A DNA stretch of 64,000 nt from an uncultured Fibrobacteria bacterium (GCA_963716395.1 OY970309.1:3008001-3072000), one strand, 5' to 3'; counted from the stretch's first letter, positions 33,801 to 43,370 are shown. Program-made: numbers and translations. Notes: generated by a model from the letters alone, not told the origin.

Positions 33801-34042
33801 TTACTTCGCAGCGCGACTTCGGCGCGGCGGGACGAGGCTTCCGCCGAGTCCAGCCGTCCCCAGGTCGCCGGCGCGGCCGACAGCACGGCGTTCAGTCCGG
33901 AATACTCCGCAAAGGGGGTGGTGGGTGCGGGTCTGCTTTTCGCGGGACTGGTTTCGGCCGGGTTGAAGGGCGGGGTAAAATGTGCGCATCCCGTCAACGC
34001 GAGAGCGAGGCCCACCTGGCGGCGAAGTAAGACTTTGGTCAT
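30830..34042 (-). CDS. Large lipoprotein: TPR repeats + DUF3857-like + transglutaminase-like domain
   Basis: Lipobox LTGC after ATG 34042; TPR-like helices; DCKG...FNHMIV...YLDP Cys-His-Asp triad. Confidence 0.75.
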   Translation of the reverse strand: MTKVLLRRQVGLALALTGCAHFTPPFNPAETSPAKSRPAPTTPFAEYSGLNAVLSAAPATWGRLDSAEASSRRAEVALRSNGDPQRTAALFEAAYPAREMKPDALINALGYLFKVDPSAAPPPPGFAGFRVYLPPRDTDHCGLVKVTDTSLVYLQLEGLPDPRRFGCVAPGLSAVSLTGTPEPDPANRRFLAMVLNTVGLKALEDTVYPVARTRFQQAFALDSTAPEYLANLAALHALKHDPSGGVDLLLRHLPLVASSGQLCGILGAFYEDLERYPEARDWALRAIEKDPRDQEWLINLSDALWGLGEKVQSKNVLIRPFAEHPNFRLGVYLADTYLGLEEYRNALTVLEQVQSDTVPTARSVAYTLRADLGLKRFEDGLDFIRTLGDTFPATGENLFLKGACEFNLKLYRQAMASLRRSLRLDPTDPEAQELQSQTAALLGDKSNQVLRTPLAPLRTTLTLAAVRRELRDSAWESRLEAYPITLVDQQIAYHWTPKGRWKKTRHAFFFVPDGLRLIRYSELTFDLNRSFARCYINRLRIYDSAWKPVYTGGLRDYYVTGKPHSELHPENLLVHVTLKRHPGRLMVELLVTEEAQVATPEFPYVRFTQQAEYPVLRSRFDLLAPPPNLLIVPFDGTRIDTLPDRITLEMTTPFFPTDERFAPMDEDAVPGFSASPFATWREVGLRYLRQLDKAGIHPAQPSLAAREEAGELTGPFHDADVVRDLFRFVRDSIRYDNYEFNLNASIPDSTVEVLAARRADCKGEALLLTQMLEARGIEAHLSLVNLDREGDVGQPNINQFNHMIVHIPIQRGLGPYYLDPSEKTAAFRRYPLDLEGRNTLDLDPENPRLLTIPELDSSGEHSVRVFHDLVVQADGTALGRDSLVLTGMAADEFRDRLDRWKAASRAQSLLSWLASSYTAFTEDSFRILNEYQPDDPLILVLRYHSRFPYLNGDRTFNYFPKLELSFLRFPDPDQRRTPVYFPHEVTVESVWTYRLPAGYAWKSLSLARELEEENLRWKFSIEQNSPETIVLRQQWRVEPFLVDPDEYRQLRAQWDPMLLKCGLKLAISKT

Positions 34043-34148
34043 GATTCCGAATCCGCCTCGGCGCCACCGCGTACGAGGAAGTCCAATACATTCATTATAA
34101 GATATCGGAAAACGGGGTTCCCGATGCATTGGGTTACCTTTATGCGGA

Positions 34149-35456
34149 ATGGGAATTTCCGAATTCAACGTTACGGCGGCCAAGGCGGAAACCGCAACCG
34201 CAACCGCTCCGGCGGCCATGCCCGCGGCCACCGAAGGGCCTTGGCGCCATTTCGTCTGCGTGGTCCCCGCCCGTTATGGATTACGCTGCGCGGTGCAGGT
34301 TAATACGCTGGAGATGGAAGCTTTCAAGAACGATTTCCGGCTGGACGCTCCGTTGCTGGCTTGGAAACCGCCGGAAGGTTTCTCCGCGGGTGAGGAATGG
34401 TCTCTGGTCATAACCGCTGAACAGGTTTTGCATCCCGAACGCATTCTCTCCGAGCAATCGGTGATCACCTTTTTGCGCGCCGCCGTGCAATTGCTCGATC
34501 TCTGTCTGGGCCGCAAAATCGATCGGGATGAATTTCTGCGTCGTCTGAATGGCCTGGGTTTACCGGTCGCCTGGCGCAATGAATTGGCCGACGGAATTTT
34601 CGCGGCATCGGCGGCTGGCGCCTCGCCCGCCGTCGCTGCCGATGCCGATGCCGATATCGAAGCTTTGCTGGCGACGCTGGCGCCGGCCGAAGCGCCGGCG
34701 GAGCAATTCATTTCCGCCGTCGGCAGGGCGGGAACCGGATTCGCGCTCGACGCCGCGGCGGCGCAGCGCTTTCGCGACGGCATGGCGGGTTGGCTGCTCG
34801 ATTGGGAACGCGGTTTGTTGGAGCATCCGTCCGCGGCCGGGCCCCTGGGATTGGCCTTGGGTTTGCACCGCGTACTGAAACTCATGCGCGGCCCCAAGCA
34901 TTTGCATTTACATCTGCTGCCGGAGTCTTTGCCGCCGGAAGAATACGAGGCCCATTGGCGGCATACCCTGGCCGGGCATCCGGGCGCCATCGAAGCCTGG
35001 ATTTATCTGGCCGGCGACACACCGGACGCGGCCCTGCCGCCGTCCGCCTGGCAAGCGCGCTTGGCCGCGGCTCCGGTGTCGGTGCTGTTGCAGGCGCGCG
35101 CGGCGACGAGCGGAATTTACACGGCCTGGGGCAAAACTCTGCCGGCGCCTGTCTATGTTTTTTCCGGCGGCGTGGCCGCCGCCGTGGGCGATGGCCATTG
35201 CGCCTACAAACCCGCCGCGCTGGCGTATGTGGAGGCGCTGCTGGAGCAACAGGCGCGTTTGCCCGCAGCGGCGGGAGAGGCTTTGCCGCTGGAAAACGCC
35301 GACGTCGACCCTTCCACCCGTTCTTCGACCGATGCCGTGTACGATTCCCAGACCATGCTGGCTTTGCGCCTGCGCGGACTCAATATTCCGGTGGGATTCA
35401 AGCATCGCGCCGGCGTGGTGTTTCAACCTCTGGTACCGGCCGTGGAAGCGGCTTGA
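34149..35456 (+). CDS. Hypothetical protein resembling a shrunken, diverged TssB-TssC (T6SS sheath) fusion
   Basis: Colinear weak pattern matches to TssB (LHPERI...L) and TssC (LLEHP...GL; LENA...TD...L...G...KHR); recognised by eye only. Confidence 0.5.
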   Translation: MGISEFNVTAAKAETATATAPAAMPAATEGPWRHFVCVVPARYGLRCAVQVNTLEMEAFKNDFRLDAPLLAWKPPEGFSAGEEWSLVITAEQVLHPERILSEQSVITFLRAAVQLLDLCLGRKIDRDEFLRRLNGLGLPVAWRNELADGIFAASAAGASPAVAADADADIEALLATLAPAEAPAEQFISAVGRAGTGFALDAAAAQRFRDGMAGWLLDWERGLLEHPSAAGPLGLALGLHRVLKLMRGPKHLHLHLLPESLPPEEYEAHWRHTLAGHPGAIEAWIYLAGDTPDAALPPSAWQARLAAAPVSVLLQARAATSGIYTAWGKTLPAPVYVFSGGVAAAVGDGHCAYKPAALAYVEALLEQQARLPAAAGEALPLENADVDPSTRSSTDAVYDSQTMLALRLRGLNIPVGFKHRAGVVFQPLVPAVEAA

Positions 35457-35467
35457 ATCGCCCGGCC

Positions 35468-37027
35468 ATGCCCGAGTACACCTTGCAAATCATTTCGGGC
35501 ATCCAGGTCGGCCGTAAGATCAAGGTCGATGGCCCGCTGACGCTCGGGCGAGCTTCTCAAAACGGCGTGTGCTTCGCCGGACCCGATGCCTCCTTGGTGT
35601 CTTCCCAGCACGCTTCACTCTCCATCGAAAACGGCCGCCTCATGCTGCGCGATCTCGGCAGCACCAACGGCACCTATGTCAACGGCGAACCCGTGCAAGA
35701 AGTCGTGCTTGGCGCCAATGCTATCGTGAGTTTGGGCTCCAACGGCCCCAAGCTGCGCGTGCTGTCACCTGGCGGCGAAGGCAGTACGGCCGCCGCGACC
35801 TGGAAATCCGTGGCTGCGGCCGATGCCTCGGCGTTCTCCCAGGCCGGGCGCAACTTGCCGTCGCCGGGATTTCCCCCCGCCACCGAAGACGAAGCGGGCA
35901 ATTACACCATCGGGTTGGCGCAGCGCCTTTCCAATGACGAAGCCGATCACCGCGAAATTCAGGATTTGATCAAGGATCAGAAGCGCGCGCAACGCTTGAT
36001 CCATGCGGGCGTGCTCAACCAGCGCGAAGCCAAAATGATCGAGCATGCGGCCAGCACCTACTCCAAGGGCCGCAAGCGCGCTCTTTTCGCCATCGCGGCG
36101 GTGGGCGGCGTGGGACTCGTCTTCACCGGCGTCCTGTTGGTCCAGAACCTGGGGTATCGGGGCAAGTTGCATAAGCAGGAAAATCTGATGGAGAACATTC
36201 ACGAATTGGAGACGCAACTGGCCGCCGCGTCCTCCGACAACCAGGGCGCGGCCAACCAGGAATCGGATCAGGAGAAGGCCTTGCTGGTGGCCAAGCTGCG
36301 CGCCTCCGAGCGGCAATTGATGGAAGTACGCAGCCAACTCAACTCCCGCGATTTGATGAACACCTACAAGGATCCCATGGGTCGCGAAATCCATGACATC
36401 ATGCAGGGGTTCGGAACGCGCGATTACATCGTGCCCGACATTTTTATCGCCCAGGTTGAAAAGCACATCTATGCCTTCACCCAGACTTCGACCCGCCAGA
36501 TTTTGGAACGTTCCTTCGCGAACGAAGCCCGGTATCAGCAGATGATCGAAACCGAATTGCTCAATGCCAAAATGCCCACGGCTTTTCTGTATCTCGCCAT
36601 GCACGAAAGCATGCTCGATTCCTCCATCACCAGCGCCGCCGGCGCGCGGGGATTATGGCAACTCATGCCGCAAACCGCGCGCGATTACGGGCTCAAGGTG
36701 CCGGACAATTGGCGCGACCTGCCGCCTGAAGCCGACGAGCGCACCAATCCTTTGCTCTCGACGCGCGCAGCCATCAAGTATTTGAAAACCCTGTATGCCG
36801 AATTCGGTGATGTTGCCCTGGCCATGGCGGCCTACAACGCCGGCGAGGGCCGCATCCGCGCGGCGTTACGTTCCATCGACGATCCCGTGAACCACCGCGA
36901 TTTCTGGTATATCTACCACATGGGAATTTTGGCCGGCGAGACCAACGAATACGTGCCCAAGATCATCGCCACCATGATCATCGACAAAAACCGCGCGCGC
37001 TACCACTTCCCACCGGCTGCGTCATAA
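35468..37027 (+). CDS. FHA domain - TM - coiled coil - lytic transglycosylase (SLT/MltD-like) protein
   Basis: FHA motifs LGR, VSSQH, DLGSTNGTYVNG; TM AIAAVGGVGLVFTGVLLV; SLT motifs HES, AGARGLWQLMPQTA, AAYNAGEG, ETNEYVPK. Confidence 0.88.
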   Translation: MPEYTLQIISGIQVGRKIKVDGPLTLGRASQNGVCFAGPDASLVSSQHASLSIENGRLMLRDLGSTNGTYVNGEPVQEVVLGANAIVSLGSNGPKLRVLSPGGEGSTAAATWKSVAAADASAFSQAGRNLPSPGFPPATEDEAGNYTIGLAQRLSNDEADHREIQDLIKDQKRAQRLIHAGVLNQREAKMIEHAASTYSKGRKRALFAIAAVGGVGLVFTGVLLVQNLGYRGKLHKQENLMENIHELETQLAAASSDNQGAANQESDQEKALLVAKLRASERQLMEVRSQLNSRDLMNTYKDPMGREIHDIMQGFGTRDYIVPDIFIAQVEKHIYAFTQTSTRQILERSFANEARYQQMIETELLNAKMPTAFLYLAMHESMLDSSITSAAGARGLWQLMPQTARDYGLKVPDNWRDLPPEADERTNPLLSTRAAIKYLKTLYAEFGDVALAMAAYNAGEGRIRAALRSIDDPVNHRDFWYIYHMGILAGETNEYVPKIIATMIIDKNRARYHFPPAAS

Positions 37028-38193
<1,166 letters not shown>

Positions 38194-38194
<1 letters not shown>

Positions 38195-39432
38195 TGCCCA
38201 AGCTTTTTGTCGAAGACCTCGCGCTCAAGGGAAAGCGCGTCTTGGTGCGCGTCGATTTCAACGTGCCGGTCAAGAATGGCACGGTCGAAAACGACAAGCG
38301 CCTGCGCGAATCGCTGCCCACGCTGAATTATTGCCTGGGGAAGGGCGCCTCTTTGGTGCTGATGAGTCATCTCGGCCGGCCCGATGGCAAGCGCAACGAC
38401 AAATACAGCTTGAAACCCGTGGCCGCCCGGCTGCAGCAACTGCTGGGGCGCCGGGTGCAATTCCTCGACGATTGCGTGGGTTCCGTGGTCGAAGCGGCCT
38501 GCGCCGCCATGCAGCCCGGAGAGGTCACGTTGCTGGAGAACCTTCGCTTCCATATCGAGGAAGAGGGGAAGGTCAAAAACAAGGACGGGACTTCGATTAA
38601 GGCAGATCCCGAAGCCGTGAAAAGCTTTCGCGCCTCGCTGTCGCGACTCGGCGAAGTGTTCGTGAACGACGCTTTCGGTACCGCGCATCGCGCCCACAGT
38701 TCCATGGTGGGAGTGGATTTGCCGCAACGTGCTGCCGGTTATCTGATGAAGAAAGAGCTCGACTTTCTCGGCCACGCGCTCGACCAACCGAAGCGGCCGT
38801 TCGTGGCCATTATCGGCGGCGCCAAAATCTCAGGTAAAATCGACGTTATCCAGGCCTTGTTGCCCAAGGTCGACGCTTTGCTGATCGGCGGCGGCATGGC
38901 CTACACCTTTCTCAAAGCCATGGGTTTGGAAATCGGCAATTCACTGTGCGAACCGGACAAGATCGAATTGGCCAAAGAGCTGATTGCACACGCCGGAGCG
39001 AAGTTGGAATTGCCCACCGATTACCAGGTCACTGACAAGCTCGACTTCGACGGCCGCAGCATCGGCTCGCCGTTGCGCGCGGTTCCGCGCACGGGCATTC
39101 CCGCCGGGACGGAATCGGTCGATATCGGCCCCGAATCCATCGCGCGCTTTGGCGCCATGATTCGTGGTGCCAAAACCGTGGTGTGGAACGGCCCCATGGG
39201 TGTGTTTGAAATCGAAGCCTGCGCGCAGGGCACCTTTGGCGTAGCCCGGGCCTTGGTCGACGCCACGGCGGCGGGAGCGATCACGGTAATCGGCGGCGGC
39301 GATTCGGCCGCGGCCATCGAGCAAATGGGTTTGGAAAGCCAAGTCTCGCATGTCTCCACGGGCGGCGGCGCCTCGCTGGAATTCCTCGAAGGCAAGGCGC
39401 TGCCCGGCGTCACGGCCTTGTCGGACACCTAA
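38194..39432 (+). CDS. pgk: Phosphoglycerate kinase
   Basis: [44 protein letters not shown]. Confidence 0.97.
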
Positions 39433-39435
39433 GCG

Positions 39436-40194
39436 ATGCGCCGGAAAATCCTCGCGGGCAATTGGAAAATGCATAAGACCGCCGCCGAATCGGCGGAGTT
39501 GGCAAAGGCCATTGTCGCCGGCCTGAACAACGGGACACCGGATTGCGAAGTGGTGGTATGTCCCACCTACGTGGCTTTGGATCGAGTCGCTACCATGCTG
39601 GCCGAATCGGCGGTGCGGCTTGGGGCGCAGGATATGCATTGGGAAGGCCAGGGCGCCTTCACTGGAAAAATTTCCGCGGATATGCTACTGGCCGTGGGCG
39701 TTTCGCATGTGATCCTCGGCCACTCGGAACAGCGCACCTATTTTCAGGAAAGCGATGAAGGGGTAAACAAAAAAACCCGCAAGGCGCTGGCTTCGGGCCT
39801 GATTCCCATCGTCTGCGTGGGCGAAACCCTGGCCGAGCGCGAAGCCGGAATCACCGAAGCCATCGTGGCGGCGCAAATACGGCGCGCCTTCGCCGGCATC
39901 GAAAAAAGCGAAGCACAAAGCATTGTGGTGGCGTATGAACCGGTTTGGGCCATCGGGACCGGTCGCAATGCCACGCCGGAGCTGGCGCAGGAAGTCCATC
40001 AGTTCATCCGCGAATTAGTGTCGTCACTTTATGACGCGTCCATCGCCGCCGCCCTGCGCATTCAGTATGGCGGCAGTATGAAACCCGACAACGCCCGCGC
40101 CCTGCTGTCTCAGCCCGACATCGATGGCGGTTTGATCGGCGGCGCTTCCTTGCAGCCCGAAAGCTTCTTAGGTATTATTCGGTCCCTTTCCTAG
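39436..40194 (+). CDS. tpiA: Triosephosphate isomerase
   Basis: AGNWKM, GHSE, AYEPVWAIGTG, YGGS, LIGGASL. Confidence 0.97.
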   Translation: MRRKILAGNWKMHKTAAESAELAKAIVAGLNNGTPDCEVVVCPTYVALDRVATMLAESAVRLGAQDMHWEGQGAFTGKISADMLLAVGVSHVILGHSEQRTYFQESDEGVNKKTRKALASGLIPIVCVGETLAEREAGITEAIVAAQIRRAFAGIEKSEAQSIVVAYEPVWAIGTGRNATPELAQEVHQFIRELVSSLYDASIAAALRIQYGGSMKPDNARALLSQPDIDGGLIGGASLQPESFLGIIRSLS

Positions 40195-40262
40195 CAGGCT
40201 GGAAGGCAGAAGCGGGAAGAAGCAGGAAAAAGAGGGAAGAAAAGCGTTTTTCGGGGGCGAAT

Positions 40263-40730
40263 ATGGGCATCGGTTTTACACTTCTGCTGGTTCTCCATAT
40301 TCTGATCTGCCTGTTCATTATTCTCATCGTAACCGTGCAAAACGACAAAGGCGGCGGCTTGGCCGGTGCCTTTGGCGGCATGGGGGGCGGCGCGGCCTTC
40401 ACCGGCAGTTCGGCGGTCACCATTTTAACGCGCGTCACGCAATGGAGCGGCGCCGTGTCGTTCGTGGTTTTGATCATGCTGAACGCCATGAGCCTGCGGG
40501 CCCATCGCGCGGCGCAAACCGCGTCCGAACTCAAAGCCGCCAGCAAGGGACTCTCTGCCGTTTTGCCGGCCATGCCCTCCGGGTCCAATTCCATTCCCGG
40601 ATTGGGCGGCAATGCGACGGAAAGCGATGCCGGCCATGCGGCGGGAGGCCAGGCCAGTCCTGCGAACGCGCCGTCCATACCGGGTCTGGGAAACCATACG
40701 GATTCCAAAGCCCAAGACGCCGGCCAATAA
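40263..40730 (+). CDS. secG: Preprotein translocase subunit SecG
   Basis: Two TMs separated by QNDKGGGLAGAFGG; canonical tpiA-secG-tRNA-Leu synteny. Confidence 0.9.
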   Translation: MGIGFTLLLVLHILICLFIILIVTVQNDKGGGLAGAFGGMGGGAAFTGSSAVTILTRVTQWSGAVSFVVLIMLNAMSLRAHRAAQTASELKAASKGLSAVLPAMPSGSNSIPGLGGNATESDAGHAAGGQASPANAPSIPGLGNHTDSKAQDAGQ

Positions 40731-40767
40731 TTCCGCCCGCATTACGGTTTGACCCGGTTTGAAATTC

Positions 40768-40854
40768 GCGGTCGTGGTGAAATTGGTAGACACGCAAGTT
40801 TGAGGGGCTTGTGGGGTAAAACCCATGGCGGTTCAAGTCCGCCCGACCGCACCA
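40768..40854 (+). tRNA. tRNA-Leu(GAG)
   Basis: Acceptor stem GCGGTCG/CGACCGC followed by ACCA; D-loop TGGTAGAC; anticodon loop TTGAGGG; long variable arm; GTTCAAGTC. Confidence 0.95.
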
Positions 40855-40873
40855 CTTTATAGATTCCCGCCCC

Positions 40874-41716
40874 GTGTATTTTCTGCTTTATCTCCTACCC
40901 AAAAATTGGGTCAGCCGCTGCGTGGGTTGGGCCGTGGCTCGTCGCTGGCCGTGGAATTTGCATCGCCGTCTCCGCGATGCCTTTATCCGGCATTTTCGTG
41001 TGAATGTGGAGGAGGCGGAATTTCCTCTCGATGGCTACGCGACCTTGTCCGCATTCTTTACCCGGCGCTTGCGCCCCGGTTCCCGCCCCGTAGGCAGAGC
41101 GGCCTTGGTGTCGCCGGTGGACGGAACTTTGACCGAGCGGGGGCATCTGGGCACCGATTCCGATTTATTCCTGACGCAGATCAAAGGCCGGCGTTACAGC
41201 TTGCGCGGCCTGGTGGGTGAGGAATGGAACGCATCCGGCTATGCCGGCGGATCTTTTTTCACCCTGTATCTGGCCCCGTGGAACTACCACCGCATCCATG
41301 TTCCCGCCGCGGGCCGTGTGCTCCGGGTCCGCCGGATTCCCGGCAGGCTTTGGCCCGTGAACTCCTGGAGCGTCCGGAACATCCCCGAGCTCTTCGTACG
41401 TAACGAGCGCATCGTCACCGAAATGGATTGCGAGGGCGGCCGACTCCTGCTGGTTTTGATCGGCGCCACCAATGTCGGAAAGATCACCTTGGATTTCTGC
41501 CCGCAGCTGGTGGGGAACGCGCCCGCTCGCTCCCAGTTCGAAGATTGGATTCCTCCGCCGGATTTGCATTTGGAAAAGGGTTCGGGCTTCGGCTGTTTCG
41601 CCATGGGATCAACCGTGGTCCTGGTTTTGGACGCGGACTGGACCCCGCGCGTGCGCCCGGAATGGTGGAGCGCCGCCGCCGCGACTCTCAGCGTGGGGAT
41701 GAATTTCAGCTTGTGA
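40874..41716 (+). CDS. psd: Phosphatidylserine decarboxylase proenzyme
   Basis: FFTRRL, SPVDG, YLAPWNYHRIH, NER, GATNVG, FAMGST cleavage motif. Confidence 0.9.
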   Translation: MYFLLYLLPKNWVSRCVGWAVARRWPWNLHRRLRDAFIRHFRVNVEEAEFPLDGYATLSAFFTRRLRPGSRPVGRAALVSPVDGTLTERGHLGTDSDLFLTQIKGRRYSLRGLVGEEWNASGYAGGSFFTLYLAPWNYHRIHVPAAGRVLRVRRIPGRLWPVNSWSVRNIPELFVRNERIVTEMDCEGGRLLLVLIGATNVGKITLDFCPQLVGNAPARSQFEDWIPPPDLHLEKGSGFGCFAMGSTVVLVLDADWTPRVRPEWWSAAAATLSVGMNFSL

Positions 41717-42567
41717 GCGATTCCGGACTCTCGTCCCGTCTCGAGGTACTGCGTGCCTATGCCGGTCCGTTCTCCGCGTACAGTGCGCCGATTGCCGAGC
41801 TCTTCCCGCATGGGAACCTTTCGCTTTTTCCCTTTGAGCCGGATTCGGATCGCGGGCTGGCCGTTCTGCTGTTGTACGCGGCCCTGGTTCGGCCCGGTGG
41901 GGAAGAGCGCGCCGCGGCGGTACTCGGAGGCTTATACCGGAAGTTGGGCGACGATTTGTTCCGCTTGAACCGAATCCCGTTCCCGGTTTTGCAGGCGGCT
42001 TTGTCTGAGCCGGCGCATTGGCCGGACCCGGAAGAAAAAAAACGTGTACCGGGAATTTTACGCAGTGCCTGTGACTTTTTGTGCATCCATGGCAGTTTGG
42101 TCAAATGGTTGTCAGGTTCTCAGGACTGGGAAAGTTGCGTCCACGTTTTGTCGCAAGAGATTTTCTGGATGGGAAGGCATTCCCGTTTGCAAACCAAGGC
42201 GCGCTATTTTTTATGGTTGTGTTCTTCGCATTCCGGATTCGGGTCGCGTATACCGGCGGTTAAAAATTTTGCTTGGCCTCTGTCGGCGGGGCATGAGCGG
42301 TTCTTCCGTAACATTTTGCGCCCTGGGGTCAAGCGTAAAGCTCACGTGGCCGGCTTCTTTCCAACCTTGGAATCCAAATTGCTTTGGTTTGGAAAATTGG
42401 CGCAAAGCGTTTTTCCCGAAGAGGGGTGGAAGCTTTTCGTTCCTTTGCAAGCATATCTGCAGCCTGAAAACCGAATGAATTTCGTCTGCCGCCGCATTCA
42501 GGGTGGATGCCGCCGCTGCGCTTTGGGTTCAATCTGTCCGGAAAGCAAAAATCTCGATCCGGCCTGA
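41713..42567 (+). CDS. Diverged HhH-GPD/endonuclease III-like protein with C-terminal 4Fe-4S motif
   Basis: C-x6-C-x2-C-x5-C (CRRIQGGCRRCALGSIC); GTG start overlaps the psd stop. Confidence 0.55.
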   Translation: MSDSGLSSRLEVLRAYAGPFSAYSAPIAELFPHGNLSLFPFEPDSDRGLAVLLLYAALVRPGGEERAAAVLGGLYRKLGDDLFRLNRIPFPVLQAALSEPAHWPDPEEKKRVPGILRSACDFLCIHGSLVKWLSGSQDWESCVHVLSQEIFWMGRHSRLQTKARYFLWLCSSHSGFGSRIPAVKNFAWPLSAGHERFFRNILRPGVKRKAHVAGFFPTLESKLLWFGKLAQSVFPEEGWKLFVPLQAYLQPENRMNFVCRRIQGGCRRCALGSICPESKNLDPA

Positions 42568-42570
42568 ATC

Positions 42571-42667
42571 GATTAAAAATCAACCCGGTTTCCCGAATTT
42601 CAGCCAATTTCGATTGACAATGCCGATTTTTCAGTGCAGTTTAATCCCTGGAAGGCGATTTTTAATC
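42571..42667. promoter_or_regulatory. Promoter region with repeated GATT-N3-AATC sites
   Basis: GATTAAAAATC (42571) and its reverse complement GATTTTTAATC (42657), plus a partial copy near 42625; TTGACA at 42614. Confidence 0.45.
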
Positions 42668-42695
42668 AAATTCTTGCCCAGTAGAGGAGAAGTAT

Positions 42696-42887
42696 ATGAG
42701 CCATATCCAAGCCCTTGAAACCGAAATTGCGGCGTTGAAAGAAGAGTTTGAAAAGTTTGAGCGGGGTAACAAATCGGCCGGAACACGCGCTCGCAAGGTG
42801 TTGCAAAACATCAAACGCATCTCGCAGGATATTCGGGTCTACATACAGACAAATAAAAAATCCGAATCCCCCCAAAAGGAAGCCTAG
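42696..42887 (+). CDS. Small basic histone H1/Hc1-like protein
   Basis: FERGNKSAGTRARKVLQ signature; AGAGGAG RBS. Confidence 0.8.
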   Translation: MSHIQALETEIAALKEEFEKFERGNKSAGTRARKVLQNIKRISQDIRVYIQTNKKSESPQKEA

Positions 42888-42898
42888 CGGTTTCCCAA

Positions 42899-43370
42899 TT
42901 GCTCCGCATTTTTTGTCCGCCATCGGAAGGAGCAAACGCTTCTTCATCGAATTAACACCAATAACGTGAGCGCAACCTGGAATAACGTGTTGCGAAGAAA
43001 ACCTAGCCTCAAGGAGATTCCGAGTTATCCCCCAGGTTGTGTTCGTGAGCGTCACATGATGTGAATCTCCGTTTGGATCGAAGCACAAAAACAAACGGTT
43101 GGTGTTTCAGTGCGATGCCGAGAAGCATCCAGGGGTCAAGACTTGGGAAGAAAGGTTAAATGCAGCGTTCACAACCTCGGTGGCGAAACCTGACGCTGCC
43201 GGCATTCCCGACTTCTTGCCTGGATAAGGTTTATCTCTGCATGGTCGAATGGTTACGCTGCTCCATCGATGAGCTCGCGACAAAAGGAGCGGTCCAGATT
43301 ATTTTGCAAAAGCCGATTGACTGGACCAGAACTTGATGGTAACTTCAGGCAAGACGAAACCGAGGTTGTC
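42899..43370 (+). ncRNA. Candidate large structured RNA of unknown family
   Basis: Many mostly compatible helices: 16 bp with four G-U (42965-42980/43032-43047), 11 bp (43171-43181/43359-43369), 11 bp (43214-43224/43344-43354), and 8-bp and 7-bp stems; no convincing CDS. Confidence 0.55.

Noticed and set aside
34790-35467. N-terminal extensions in the ORF track (also 3038, 17948-18550, 43269, 53960)
   Set aside because: They overlap upstream genes or non-coding sequence; downstream starts with RBS, signal peptides or domain boundaries fit better.
40768-40874. tRNA-Leu as an island integration site
   Set aside because: No integrase and no duplicated tRNA 3' end seen; psd follows directly.
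42666-43094. 142-aa minus-strand ORF
   Set aside because: Antisense to the Hc1-like gene, with no recognisable motifs.
43140-43370. Cobalamin riboswitch, hammerhead or 6S RNA identity for the structured region
   Set aside because: GGGAA..GGT and CGAAAC fragments are present, but I could not find the B12 box, the CUGANGA core or a symmetric 6S rod.
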